From NCBI GenBank assembly GCA_008632985.1, contig QPGO01000069.1:1-64000 (forward strand): a DNA stretch of 64,000 nucleotides. Direction: 5' to 3'. Shown in pieces: positions 1 through 12,300 of the stretch (its first letter is position 1; each line of letters starts with the position of its first letter). The translations under genes were made by a program, and so were the position numbers. The notes beneath the pieces were generated by a model. That model was given only the letters and a program-made list of their open reading frames with translations, had not been told where the DNA came from and did not search any database. The DNA is from Psammoneis japonica. Its lineage: Eukaryota.

Positions 1-499
1 TGCGATTTTCAAGTTGGTGGACACGTTCTACTCAAGTCTGTCGATCCTGCCAAGCTCGAACCACGAGCTCACGGTCCACATCCTGTCGTTCAAGTACACG
101 CCAACGGTGCGATTACGGTCCAACGTGCACCTCATGTGACAGAACGATTGAATATTCGTCGCGTCGTACCGTATCGTACCTGAGGTTAAGGGTTTTCTCC
201 CCAACATTTGGGTTTCCCTTCTATCCTCATCCATTGGAATTTAAAAATTTTTGAGTCCCGCATGATTCTCGACACTCGAATCATGGAAGGGAAGAGTGCA
301 GTGTCTCGCACCCTATTTTTCTGATATATAGTATTAATGAATCTATTAGATATAACGGAAGCCGTTGTAACGGGCTTCGCTGAAAGCGACCCTCGTTACC
401 TCGGTCTTTCGCTCACAATTTTGTTATCACTAAAGTCTTTATCTCGTTAGACCTTGCAGCCAGGGATCATCAGGCAGTAAGGGCAAGAGGCAATTTACA
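1..499 (+). mobile_element. 3' end of a Ty3/gypsy LTR retrotransposon: integrase C-terminus (1-183), PPT (~285-296), LTR from 297 (end approximate)
   Basis: Frame 1 reads CDFQVGGHVLLKSVDPAKLEPRAHGPHPVVQVHANGAITVQR...ERLNIRRVVPY*, matching the GPY/F integrase tail. The purine tract GGAAGGGAAGAG is followed directly by TG. The LTR end at TTTACA (499) is a guess. Confidence 0.75.
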
Positions 500-780
500 G
501 TGTGTCGTGCTTTCCGAGTAGAACATATTATACAGTAGACTCTAGCTAGAGTACTGTAGAGATAGAGTGCCGGTATGTCACTTATGGGGCTGTTGGGCTG
601 GTGGCTGCTGTTATGTTGACATACAGTACAGTACAGCGCTATGGTCGGTTTCTGCCGGCGCTGCGCAGAGCACACATGACCATGGCCCGCTGCGCTCTGC
701 CGCTACGGTTCGGAATCTCTGCCTTAAGCTGAAGCACCTGTTACCCTTGCTTCACTGCTGACACTTCCTTTCAACTCACA

Positions 781-2220
781 ATGACTGGTGATGGTATTTT
801 CGCTGCATTTTCGCTGGCATACGCACCAGCGGACGCAATCGCATCGCTGTTTTCCATGTCAAAGAACGCTGTCCTGATTCTTGCGGTTTCTGCAGTCTGC
901 GCCTTGTTGTTGGGGACTCGTCGGGGCCGGGCTTTGCTTATCAAAGTGCTTTCAAAACTGGTGTATGCAATTGGGCAAATTCGTAGTTGTGCTCATGATT
1001 TGTGGGAACTGCTTACAAGCCGAGACAAGCGAAAGCGATGGGAAGATACCATGATTAGCTTGAAGGAATTTACAGAAAATAGTGGCATTATCGACGAGCT
1101 GCTGCGGGGAACGGTGGATCCATTGCTTTTGAAATTAGCACTGCTTTCCAAGGTGCAAAAACTATCTCCTCAGAGCCGAAACGATACTTGCAAATTGCAA
1201 ACCAAATGCGCAATTCCAAGCATGGAAGAAGCCGCTCATTACATGAACCTCTCGACGGCGGTTTATGGTCCAGGCATGGTGACTTCTGTACGAATAGCAC
1301 TCGGAAAGGAGAATGTGGTGGCCACATCCTTTGAAGAGGGAAACTCAATGCACGCTGGTATCAGCCCAGACGACGTGATTGATGCTGATGTGGATTTTGG
1401 AGGAAGTCTGGACTACCTTCGTCATGCACTAGTGATTGATCACGAGAGAAAAGCGGTAGTACTGGCGATTCGTGGGACGTATTCTCTTTCGGAAATATTT
1501 ACAGATGTCGAGGGATACTCCGTTTCATTTTGTGGAGGCCAAGCTCATTCCGGGATGGTAAGAATGACACTGGCCATGTGGAAAAGGATTGAAACAATTG
1601 TCAAGAAGACAATGCAAGACTCGCCTTATTCTGATTTGATTATTACGGGCCATAGTTTGGGAGCTGGAGTTGCTTGTCTCATTACAATAATGCTGTACCA
1701 CGACAAGAGCCTTCTTCCGCGCAACGTCAAGGTCCGATGTCTTGCCTATGCTCCACCACCGTGCTTCTATCCCTTGGAAGCCGCAAAAGAGGCTCAAGAA
1801 AACACGGTCGCCTACGTTCATAATGCTGATTGGATACCGTCCCTGTCTGGACACAACATTCGACTTCTTTTTGCTTGCCTTAAAGCTCTAGAGGATGCAA
1901 ACAATCACCTCAGTTGGTTGAAGAAGCGAGAAATTTACTACGGAATTGTGGACCCTCCAAAGCGTCTAATGGACGCCGTGGACGCCGCTCGAAGCAAGCC
2001 ACTTCCCGACATGGATGGCTTGCCTACCTGCGCAATCCCAGCCCGTGCCGTGGTTGTAATGGAAAGAGATGGGCACGGTAACTACACGCCCGTCGTGTGT
2101 GATCCCATTGCGTACAACAACTACGGTGTTTACGTTGATGTCAGCATGACTGCTGATCACAAGGCCCCACAGTATGAATTGTGCTTTGCTTGGTTACTGG
2201 AGCATTATTCTGACAAATAG
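781..2220 (+). CDS. Class 3 lipase (DAG-lipase-like alpha/beta hydrolase) with N-terminal hydrophobic segment
   Basis: 479-aa ORF with VLAIRGT, AHSGM, ITGHSLGAG nucleophile elbow and D-W-I-P motif. Confidence 0.9.
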   Translation: MTGDGIFAAFSLAYAPADAIASLFSMSKNAVLILAVSAVCALLLGTRRGRALLIKVLSKLVYAIGQIRSCAHDLWELLTSRDKRKRWEDTMISLKEFTENSGIIDELLRGTVDPLLLKLALLSKVQKLSPQSRNDTCKLQTKCAIPSMEEAAHYMNLSTAVYGPGMVTSVRIALGKENVVATSFEEGNSMHAGISPDDVIDADVDFGGSLDYLRHALVIDHERKAVVLAIRGTYSLSEIFTDVEGYSVSFCGGQAHSGMVRMTLAMWKRIETIVKKTMQDSPYSDLIITGHSLGAGVACLITIMLYHDKSLLPRNVKVRCLAYAPPPCFYPLEAAKEAQENTVAYVHNADWIPSLSGHNIRLLFACLKALEDANNHLSWLKKREIYYGIVDPPKRLMDAVDAARSKPLPDMDGLPTCAIPARAVVVMERDGHGNYTPVVCDPIAYNNYGVYVDVSMTADHKAPQYELCFAWLLEHYSDK

Positions 2221-2611
2221 GAGTAAATTTCAGATGGATCTGCTTCTTCCGGTGATGTTGTCCGCCGAGATGCAAGACCTTCAACCTTGGCGTTTACTAT
2301 CTAGAGGTACTCTCTCTGGCTAGGCGCTCTTCACTAGCTAGAGTAGCATGCAGCTCATTTGGTCCTGTCTACTTGTGGCATGGTCAGCTTCAATTAAACT
2401 AACTACAACAGTGTAGGTTTTGTGTCCTTCTTTATGACACGCCGTCTCTAGCGTTTTCTTTCGCTGTCCTGTCTCTGCCTTTTTACTCCGGTTCTATTTC
2501 CAACAGTCATCTTCTTCAACGAAAGGACTGGATTCAATGCGATGACTCCACAACACAAGTCTGCGATTTTATCATGGACAATAAACACACAGCAGAGCCG
2601 GGTTGCTACAC

Positions 2612-4285
2612 CTATGGTGAAGAAAGTCCTTGTGTTTGTTGCTTCGCCCAACCCGGCAATGGCGCAACAATGTCAAGGCCTGCCGCAGGGAGTACGTATC
2701 GATGTGAATGAAGCCAGATTCCACCCTCGACCGGTAACTTTGGCAAACCAAATCCAGCATTGATTGGTTTGCCACTGCTGTCGCATCCATTTGTTTCCGT
2801 GGTCTTTCCAGCCACATGTTGGCTCTCCGCAATCATTTTCATGGTCCAATCGCACTTGGTACACCAAGACCGCCTAGCTTGTGGCGATCCCAGCACGCGC
2901 TGTAAAGTGCCAGCCTCATCATCCACATAGGCTAGCAATTCCTTCTCTTGAAAACATACAGAGCCCCCATAGATGGCATCGTTTGCAATTGGCCATCCAA
3001 TAGAGGCAAGATGGGCTCGTATCTGATGTCGATGACCTCTGAGTGGCTGACATTCCACCAAGACTGTCCCGTCCTCAAGCTGAGTCTGACGTCGGAACCG
3101 GGTCGTATGTGTACCTTGAGTTTTAGTTACTACTTTGTCGGTCTCACCTTCTTCTTGATCATGATTATTTGAAGCATCTCCTTCACCTTCTCCATCGTCC
3201 TTGGATACAACTAGTTTTCGTTTCATTCCATGATTGCTATTTTCATCTTCTTGTTGTTGTTCATGACTGCTGCCACCTTTACTGATTTGTCGTATCTCCT
3301 TCTTTTTGGCTTCCTTTCGTTTGCATCCCTCGAGACTGGCTTTTCTAGCCAGTGCCCGTTCGGCAGCAACCTCTGTACCCATGTCGCCCATCAACGTAGT
3401 TCTCTTGATCTTGTCGTTCCATCCAAGTTCAGCCTCTACAATGATTTCATCAGGAAAACATTCAGAAGCAGTCATTTCAGTCATAAATGACGACCCGTTG
3501 GATGGCTGTACTACAAGGGAAATGGAATCTGGGTTTCGCTTTACCCTGGCAATGTAAATCTTTTTCACTCCCTCTGTTTCGTCTGTTCCCCGATGAATTT
3601 CCCGGAGTAGTTTGGCAGCCTTTCCTGGTGATTTTCCTACCAGCAGCACTCCTGAAACTGGTTTGTCAAGACGATGTGCCGGTGCAAGTTTATAAGGTTT
3701 ACTATCCGCACCGAGTCTCCCTGATTGGACAATCTCGTTATGAATCAAATTCATGAGCGAGTTGATACCTTCTGGACCCATTTCATCCACGGTTGCTAAT
3801 CCACCGGGTTTGTTGATTGCAAAGCACCTTTCGTTCTCAAACAAAATGTCGATTCGAGGAATGTGCGGTACCACCTTTTCGTGAACATGCTGTTGTATCC
3901 GTACACACGTTCCTCGCGACTTGACAATTTCAGACGGGTCGTTTGCCACCCTCCATTGCCATGGATCGTCTCGAGACTTTTTTTTAGAACGCAATTGAAC
4001 CCGACCATCCCGCACTTCACACGACCAGTGCGCTGCGGCTTGTTCGAGTGGTTGTTTGCCCTTGTGTCGACGAAACATGTAACCCAACACAACGTCCAAC
4101 CGCTCTCCCACAAAGCGATCCTTGATGGTCATGGGCTTGGATGTAAAGTCATACGGAACCGCATACCGGAGGCCATTGCATATTAAAAACTTGTTGTTGT
4201 TGGGAAGTTGGGGTGAACATGCTTTTGATGATTCAACCGTAGCGACGTCCGTAGTCGAGGCGGGTTTCTCGGCAGCGTTCATCAT
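2612..4285 (-). CDS. RluA-family RNA pseudouridine synthase
   Basis: Motifs INKPGGL, PAHRLDKPVSG (catalytic Asp), GHRHQIRAHL..GWPIANDAIYG and WLHS. First in-frame ATG is at 4285; the ORF-track start at 4459 is GTG. Confidence 0.88.
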   Translation of the reverse strand: MMNAAEKPASTTDVATVESSKACSPQLPNNNKFLICNGLRYAVPYDFTSKPMTIKDRFVGERLDVVLGYMFRRHKGKQPLEQAAAHWSCEVRDGRVQLRSKKKSRDDPWQWRVANDPSEIVKSRGTCVRIQQHVHEKVVPHIPRIDILFENERCFAINKPGGLATVDEMGPEGINSLMNLIHNEIVQSGRLGADSKPYKLAPAHRLDKPVSGVLLVGKSPGKAAKLLREIHRGTDETEGVKKIYIARVKRNPDSISLVVQPSNGSSFMTEMTASECFPDEIIVEAELGWNDKIKRTTLMGDMGTEVAAERALARKASLEGCKRKEAKKKEIRQISKGGSSHEQQQEDENSNHGMKRKLVVSKDDGEGEGDASNNHDQEEGETDKVVTKTQGTHTTRFRRQTQLEDGTVLVECQPLRGHRHQIRAHLASIGWPIANDAIYGGSVCFQEKELLAYVDDEAGTLQRVLGSPQARRSWCTKCDWTMKMIAESQHVAGKTTETNGCDSSGKPINAGFGLPKLPVEGGIWLHSHRYVLPAAGLDIVAPLPGWAKQQTQGLSSP

Positions 4286-4519
4286 GGTCGCACAGATAGA
4301 TGGTAGATGGTCGCACTTTTGACTTTTGAGAGCATTTTTGAGTGTGTGCGAAATGGTGACTGCGGGTGTGCGATGTGCGATGAGCGATGAGGCGCATAAA
4401 TGTCGGTCGACGCATAGACTCACGATGGAGAGTGCAACCGCAACGCTACGACAACCCACACATCAGCACGAAGTTGTTTGGCAGTGTGCGATTGGCCTTT
4501 GTCGCAACGACAAACTCAA

Positions 4520-6119
4520 ATGATCATGTGGCAGGCTTTGTGAGCTCTCTCTCTCTCTCTGTTGCCATGGCCAGACTGTGAGGTGCCTGTCTTGTCACCT
4601 GCCGCAGTGTGCAGTGCAATTGCCAGTGCTGGTGCGCTCTTAAAAAAAATGCTGTGGCAATTTGGTGGCCACCCAGCAAGTTTTGCAGACTCACATCACA
4701 GCCAGGTGGGATGAAGGCAGTCATCACAAAGAAGTCAGCAAAAGAAGAGTGAGTGAGTCAGGTGCAACACGAAGCACTTGCCGCCGCCGCTGCTGCGCCT
4801 CCCTTTGTCTCAGCTCAACAAGAAATGTTCTCTGTGCTGCCGAGTTTTCTTTCACACAGCTGGCTGCTGTGTGCACTTGCGCTCAATCAACTTTTGACAA
4901 AATCTGTTTGGTTGTCAAGACACTGTTCATTGGACTCAGCTCACATCCATTTTTTGTGCAGAGCAAGCGCCCCCACTTGCTTGACCCCACATTGCCACGC
5001 CCACTGGCTCAAGAAGGGCAGGAGGAGGGCCAAGGCACCAGCATCTTCCACATCATCCAAAATGACAGCTGCACCTGGCTTCCAGAACAGAAAATGGAGA
5101 GCTGCCCACAGCTGCAGCTGGCTCTCAATGGCTGCCACAGCTCACACCCAGAGCAGCCACACCAGTGTGATGTGGGGTGGAGCACACAATGCATGTTCTC
5201 AAGCAGCTTGGAAAAAGCACACCATGGGCATCAAAGAATGTGGCTGGCAGCCTCGCTGGTGGAGATTCAAGGAAGGTCACAAAAAACAGAGCAAGAGCTC
5301 TTTGATGGGAGCAAAGCCACTCCAAGTGCTGCTGGTGATGATGCTTTCAGGCCAGCTTGTCTTGCCTCTTGTTGATTCATCTCAGGAAACAGCCCAGCAT
5401 CTCATCTGACACATCACTCTTGTGGCTTTTGATCTCAAAGAACCATTGAGCTGCCATGGGAGTTTTGCTCATCAGCAACTGCTGTTCCACAAAGGCTGCA
5501 CAGCCCAGGAGGGTCACTGTGTCTGATGCTGCCATGGCCAAACAATTTTGCTTCAAGAACAGCAGCCAAGGAACCACAAAAACAGATGGCAACATTGACA
5601 ATGTGCAGAAGAACAAACATGTTGTCCATGCAACCACTGCTGCCACAAAGAGCAGCTAGAATGGCACCATGCACTTCAAAGAAAAAGCTGTGCAATGCTG
5701 CTTTCTGCAATTTGGCAGCACATGAAAAAGGCAACAGGAGATAAACAAGAGGGTGACAACAAGTGAAGTGCGCGGGGGCAGCATCAAGAAAGATGGGCCA
5801 GCAAAGCAAGAGCACTTCAATGCAACAAAAAAGGCATGCATGGTGATGAAGAAAGAGTGTCATTGTTGCCAACATTCATGACTCTCAGGAGAAAAGCCAG
5901 TGTGCTGTGTCTCATCACAGAACACTCCCAACTGGGAGGTCTGCAAGTGGTGCGGATCACAGAAGGTCGAAGCCGCTGCAACGAAGAAGAAGTGCGGGGT
6001 CACTGCCTTTTTTCACAAATGTCCTCCATCCAGCAAAATGTCTGAACCAACCACATGACAAGGACTTGGCATCATTCCCATGGTCATCATCATCAAAAGT
6101 GAAAGGCTGGTTTGAGGGA
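4520..6119. mobile_element. Degenerate unassigned repeat/TE relic, interrupted by the copia insertion and continuing at ~13553-13780
   Basis: Almost no TpA, few CpG, no recognisable protein. The same composition resumes after the AGGGA TSD. Confidence 0.55.
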
Positions 6120-6396
6120 TGATAGAAAATGAAGGCAAATGGCAAGAATTCAAACAACAACTCCTTGCTGCTGTCTAAACAGCAGATGAGTCTCCGCTCA
6201 GAGACCGTCACAGGAGCCGAAAGACGTGCAAGTCGGTACAATCGGGCTGCTGTTGTCATTCTTGTGAGCCTTGTGGCTCGAAAGCAAACTACATCGCCGC
6301 GTGAACGCGCGGAACTAAAGCACACAAAACTGTGCGCGGTAAACTAAACAGCGCGCGATGCTTCGCGCGCATCCAAATCCTGTTCAAATCCTGTCA
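6120..6396 (-). repeat. 3' LTR of copia element 1 (277 bp, TpA-mutated copy)
   Basis: Direct repeat of 13277-13552 with 10 substitutions and 1 indel. Preceded on the minus strand by the PPT ACTGGGGAG. Confidence 0.97.
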
Positions 6397-9300
6397 CTCC
6401 CCAGTTTGCTTGAGGAGCCACAGAAACAGATTCGACTTCGGATGGAATGAAGTTCCAGAACATGAGGGGTCGGAGAAGGTCCCAGATTTGGGAGTGACCC
6501 CAATGCTTGCTGAGAATGTCAGCAGGGTTGCGGGAGCCTTCGATGAAGTGGAACTCAAGGCAACCAGAGGCAATTGCCTCACGCACACGGTGGAACGACA
6601 GTGCGGTGTGTCGCTTGTGCAACTTGGAGTGTGGGATGGTGGCACTGTCTACAACCGACTTGTTGTCACCGAACATGTAACTGACATTGCGGATCGGGAC
6701 GCCAAGGCAGCGCAGGGTGATGCGCAGGTCGACAATCTGCTCAACACAATTCCTTGCGGCAACAAATTCAGATCCGCAGGTTGCAGTCTCCACAGTGGCT
6801 TGTTTCTTGGAGAACCAATCAGCCGGGAATTTGTTGAGGAAGTGGAGCATTCCCATGACAGAGCGCCCGGTGAGCATGCAATGGTGCAAGTTTGCATCGA
6901 CGCAGTGGGTGGCAGTGACGAACTTGCCAAGGGGCGGTGGAGCGTCCTTCGGGATCATCTCTTCTGCTTCACCGTACACGGAATGCATCCATTCGTAGGC
7001 CGGAGCAGGGAGATCCGAATGGTCGGGCTCTTCCGTGCGAACGCGGAGAGCACCGTGTCGCATCTTGGAGAGGTGCCCACAGACGCGTTTGGCACGATCC
7101 AAGTGGCCTTGACGGGGCGCAGCTCGGAAGCTAGAGAGTGACATGACGGCCGTGGCAATGTCAATTCGACCAAGGGACACTGCCCATTGGAGTGAACCAA
7201 CAAGAGACTGGAACTTGTGAATGCCATCGGGTCCCAGCAGTTCGGAAGTGTCCAGTTCGGGGTGGTCACCCTTCTCTAGAGGTGACAGGGCGTTGGTGGC
7301 AGGTTTCTCCCCAAACAGTCGGGCGCAGCTGTCGACCATGCGCTCGATGTACTTGCGCGGAGACAGGCACAAGGTTCCATCGGGGTCCCGGGAAAAGTCG
7401 CAACCCAGATGGAACTCAATGGGTCCCGCACCCTTGAGCTTGAACTTGCACTTTTCCGTGAGAGTGTCGACGAAAGATTGAGGGTCCTTCATGGCAATGG
7501 CGAGGTCATCCACATAAACGGCAATGTGTTCACAGTGGTCGCCGTTCCTGCGCATCCAAATGTCGGGTTCGGCGCGGCAGGGGAAGAAGCCTTCAGCTCG
7601 CAGGCAGTCGGCGAAGCGCTCGTGCCAGCGGAGACCGGAGCTGCGGAGTCCACACAGTGCCTTGTGGATGACAAGGATGTGTCCTTCGAGTTTGCCAAAT
7701 TCGGGTCCAGCTACAATGTAAAGCTTCTCCTTGGTGGTGGCTTCAAGGCAGGCATTGCCAATGTCGGTGGCCCATGTCTCCAGCTCGTTGAGTTCGCCAG
7801 GTGCACTCGGATCTTCTTGTGTCCCGCAGGAGGAGTGGAAGACTTGAAGGGCCCGCAGTCATGGAAGACTTCGCATTCGTCGAGTTGGTCCATCTCGAGA
7901 TTAGTTGCGTCTCCCCACTTGCGGTTGCCATTGCGTTCGTCTAGTGACATGGCGTGTTTGCAGTTCCGGGGAACTTCGCATCCGCACTTGCAGCGAGGTG
8001 CAGTGCGGAAGGAGCGAAGCTTGGCTTGGTTGGCCATGCGAAATAGCTTCTTTTGGCGCCTCGCGATGGTGCGGAACCGCTTCCATCCATCCGTGTCGAG
8101 GAGTCCGTTCTCTCGTGCATAGATGGCACAGGTGACGGGGTCGTCCTTGGCGATGATGGCAAGAGGCTCGGACGTGATCTCCCCACTTTCCCATTCAAGC
8201 ATGATGTTGTAGCTTGAGCCTTTCCAGGTTGGGTCGTGAGGCTTCAGAGGGCCTTCGTGTGACACGATGCGTCGAAATTTCCAAACAGTGGTGTCTTCGT
8301 CTTCTTGCTCAATGTGATTCATGATGTCATTGTAGGCAAGGACTTCCTCGTATTCGTCATTGTTGACAGAGCAGACGAACTTAGTGAGCTCGGGATTGCC
8401 GTTCACTTTCCATTCGTGGTCTTCGACGGCCTTGACGATGCGAGCTCTGTGGCGTTGTCCGTCCTCTTGTGGCTGCATGAGGAAGGTACGTCCAATGATG
8501 TCTTGCGGATCGAAAACTGGCATCTTGGGTGTCCTGATCTCCCCATCAGGAGAATCGACGGGGTTGTCGTCATGGCGAGATTTGATGATGGGTTCAGGTG
8601 GCTCCCCATCAGGAGGATCAAGATGCAGGTTTCGAACGGCAGGATCGGGGGTGGCGGAGCGAACGTTGGACCGGCAGAGGATCTTCTGAGTCTCGTCAGA
8701 TAGAATCTTGAAGGTCATCTGGTGGCCGACGTGCTCAGCAATGCCAACGAAGCGTCCACGCAACTCACGAGATTCGGACGGCCAATCGGAGTCATCGAGG
8801 TGGAAGTACACTGGTTCCCACCAGTGAAAGCGAAGCAATGGGCTGATGTCCGGGGTGGATCCAGTGAGAGTCTCGAGGGGCGTGCGCCAGTGGAGACGTG
8901 GGGACGCTGCATGGTTGAGTGTGAAGCACACGTGCATGAGCGCCAGCAGCCATGTGTGGGCGGGCGAACCAAAACGGTCCATGACAGTGTTCGCCATGCG
9001 CTTCACAGTCTGGTGTCGACGCTCGGCAAAGTTTTGGTGTTGCTGGTGAGGCTCACTTTGCCAGCTGGAGATGAAGAGGGCGCGTAGGATCCCGAGCACT
9101 TTGTTGCTGATCTCAACTTGAGCACGGTCGCTAATGAGTTTGGATGGGGCACCACGTTCACGGATCTGATCCTCGAGTGTGTTGACAAACTCTTTGTCCG
9201 TCTCAGTGCCGCAGACGTCAGTGACGGTAGACTCGGTGCCAACAAACAGTTGGGCGCTGGTGCAACCAGAGTCGACGGCCGGGGTGTCGGCACAAACGGT

Positions 9301-12300
9301 GTCAGTGGCGATGGGCTCGTTGCGACGGTGCACATTAAGGGCGGGGTTGGGTGATTTGAAGGCCTTGCGAAGGTGTGCACCGGCGGGCATGCGGGCGTGC
9401 TGCGTGGTGCAGTCAAAAGTACGACGGACTGCATCGGCAGGCAGGAAGCCAAAGTGAGGCCGAAGGGACTCGAAGGGGGGGTCCTTGGGCTGTACAGTGC
9501 GCTCCGGAGGTGGAACGTCATCGCCCTTGGGGTCAATCGCATGCAGATGACACTCGCAGAACACGTCGTCGTTCGGAATGAGGTGATCATCGAGGGCGGA
9601 CGCGTGATCGGCAGACAAGGAAGCGGACAAGATGGTCTCGTTGACAACGACACGGTGACGGCAGTTGCCGCATTCGTCAAACAGGTTGGCAGTGGGATCG
9701 TCCTGCAGGTCAGAGATCGCGTCGTACCACTGGTCATCGTCAGTGACAGAGTGATCGAGGACGGAAGGGTCCCATGTGTCATCACCGGTGAGGATGACGT
9801 GGGGCAGGGTGTCCCATTCGGCGTCAGTGCAAGGTCGCATGGCAACACAAGGCAGGCCAGCCTTGATGTCAATGGGGATGACATAGCCATCAGGAGTGGC
9901 AATGCGTTGCAAGCCGTTGGGCACCTTGACAGAGCGATCGTTGACATCCTGTTTGCACCATTCGAGCTGGCCGCAGGAATGGATGGTCTTGCCCTTTCCT
10001 GTGCATGCGCACTGATGGAGGATGGCGATGACGGGACCACGCTGGGTCTCAATGACGGCACCAGCGGTGACAATGGGGATGTCCACCAATTGATGATCGT
10101 CAATGCCCTGAACGTCGACTTGGCGAGAGGTGCGTGCGATGACGCGGACGTCGTCGCCAGCAATGCCGCCGTTGGCCCCACGATCGACTAGAGCGCCAGT
10201 GCATGTGGAGCGATGAGCAGAGGCAGAGTGAATGACATTGTGGTTGTCAACGCGGCGGCAAGTGCGGCCGTTAAGTTCTGTGTCAGCTGCAGAAGCTGGC
10301 AACACAAGGCAGGCCAGCCTTGATGTCAATGGGGATGACACAGCCATCAGGAGTGGCAATGCGTTGCAAGCCGTTGGGCACCTTGACAGAGCGATCGTTG
10401 ACATCCTGTTTGCACCATTCGAGCTGGCCGCAGGAATGGATGGTCTTGCCCTTTCCCGTGCATGCGCACTGATGGAGGATGGCGATGACGGGACCACGCT
10501 GGGTCTCAATGACGGCACCAGCGGTGACAATGGGGATGTCCACCAATTGATGATCGTCAATGCCCTGAACGTCGACTTGGCGAGAGGTGCGTGCGATGAC
10601 GCGGACGTCGTCGCCAGCAATGCCGCCGTTGGCCCCACGATCGACTAGAGTGCCAGTGCATGTGGAGCGATGAGCAGAGGCAGAGCAAATGACATTGTGG
10701 TTGTCAACGCGGCGGCAAGTGCGGCCGTCAAGTTCTGTGTCAGCTGCAGAAGCTGGCGGGGTAGAGGAAGCGGCGGATGGCCCCGGTCGACTGGCATTGG
10801 TGGCTTGGTTAGGAGACAACAGACGTTGCAGATCACCGGGTGGCAGTGGCTTGCGCTTGGTGAGGTGCGCCAGGATGGGATTGTCCGAAATGGCGTCCAC
10901 ATGTGCAGCGGAGTCACCACAGTCAGCAGGAGTCGTGTTGGACAAGTTGACATCACCGTCACTCCCAAGGTGTTGGTCGTGAAGGTTGGCCGTAACAGAC
11001 TCATGGCAGTTGCTGGCTCGCGGGTTGCGGGGAGGCGGACGAGAGTGCTCAAGGATGATCGCCTTGGAGGAATCGGGCAACGAATCCCAGAGCCGTTGGT
11101 GGTCGGGAGGGAGACGTCTCCATTGGACACCGGTGAGGCTGGGACCACGGGTGCAGGCAGCATTGGCTTGAAGGACGTCAACGTCGCTGTCAATGTCGTA
11201 GAACACATCGTCGGACGGTTCCTCGGAGCAGACGTCGTGTGCGCATGTGGCGTGTCGGGGAGCTCGAGGTGTTGTCTTGGGTTGAAACGTGCTGTCGTGC
11301 TGAGCTGCCGCGGAGAGGAGCAAGCCACAGCATTGATCGCATGTGAGGCTCTTGCCACTCTGCGTACGATGCTGATCAGCTTGGTTCTTGACAGCACGGA
11401 GTTCCTCGACAGGGTGCACGGCATTCTCGAGCATGACGCGCTTCTGTCCTTCAGAGAAGTGGTCGCTGGCGGGGATGAGTGCCTCGCACTTGCACAACTG
11501 ATCTTGCCAATGAAGGATGAACCCGTGGGTCGGACCTTTCCAAGTGCCATCACCAAGACGTGTGGTGGTGAGGTGCGTGAGCAGGGTGGAGGACTCGACA
11601 GATGCACGGGTGGAGGCAAGCGCGCATTCAGACAAGGAGCGGCAGACGGTCTGTGCGTCAGAGGACCCCACATTTTCGCGAATGAGAGCCTTGCCCTTGT
11701 CGGTGAGAAGGATGCGTTCGAAGACGGCGAACATGTGCTTTTGCTGTTCAGCAAAGAGCAGTTTGTCTTCGGGGCTGGTCGGTTTGTACGACGAGTCTAG
11801 AATGCACTCGACGTCTTGGGCACGGGCTTGTGCCACAAGTGAGGTGTGCCAAGTGTGCCGCTGCTTGTCGGATTTGAGAGCCGTGAAAGCGGTGGGATCA
11901 CGCTTGATGCCTCGCTTGAAGTCTCGCACCGGGTCGCGTGCCTTGGTCGGGTTGGTGACATGTGGAGGTGCAAGGGGTGAGCTGCCGATGGACAGAGAGG
12001 ACATGCAGTCCGGGCTGAGGCGGTGGGCAAGGAACTCGTCATGCGTGAACAAAGAGGAGTCATTGGCAACGTCAAGACCTTTGTGTGCTTTGACAATGCA
12101 CAGGCCAACTGGTGCTGCTGACATGTTCTTATAACCATGGGGCAAAGGGATCACATTGGCGCGCCGTTGTCGCACTCAAGCGAGTCGATTTGGGACGGTG
12201 TGAACGTGAACAGTTCCTGATGCGAGTCCGTGCCGTCTTGGGCCAAAGCCAAACGAAGAGGACTCCCAGCACCTTGGGCAAGCACGGTTCCAACAACGTG

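Noticed and set aside
4662..5409. Cys/His-rich ORFs as metal-binding proteins (also 47346-47998 and 57107-57781)
   Set aside because: The Cys/His excess follows from TG/CA enrichment in mutated repeats and shows no consistent motif spacing.
6332..12134. Long plus-strand ORFs (6332-7141, 9373-10191, 10670-11800 and others) as antisense genes
   Set aside because: They are shadows of gag-pol, lengthened by loss of TAA/TAG stops, with no recognisable domains.
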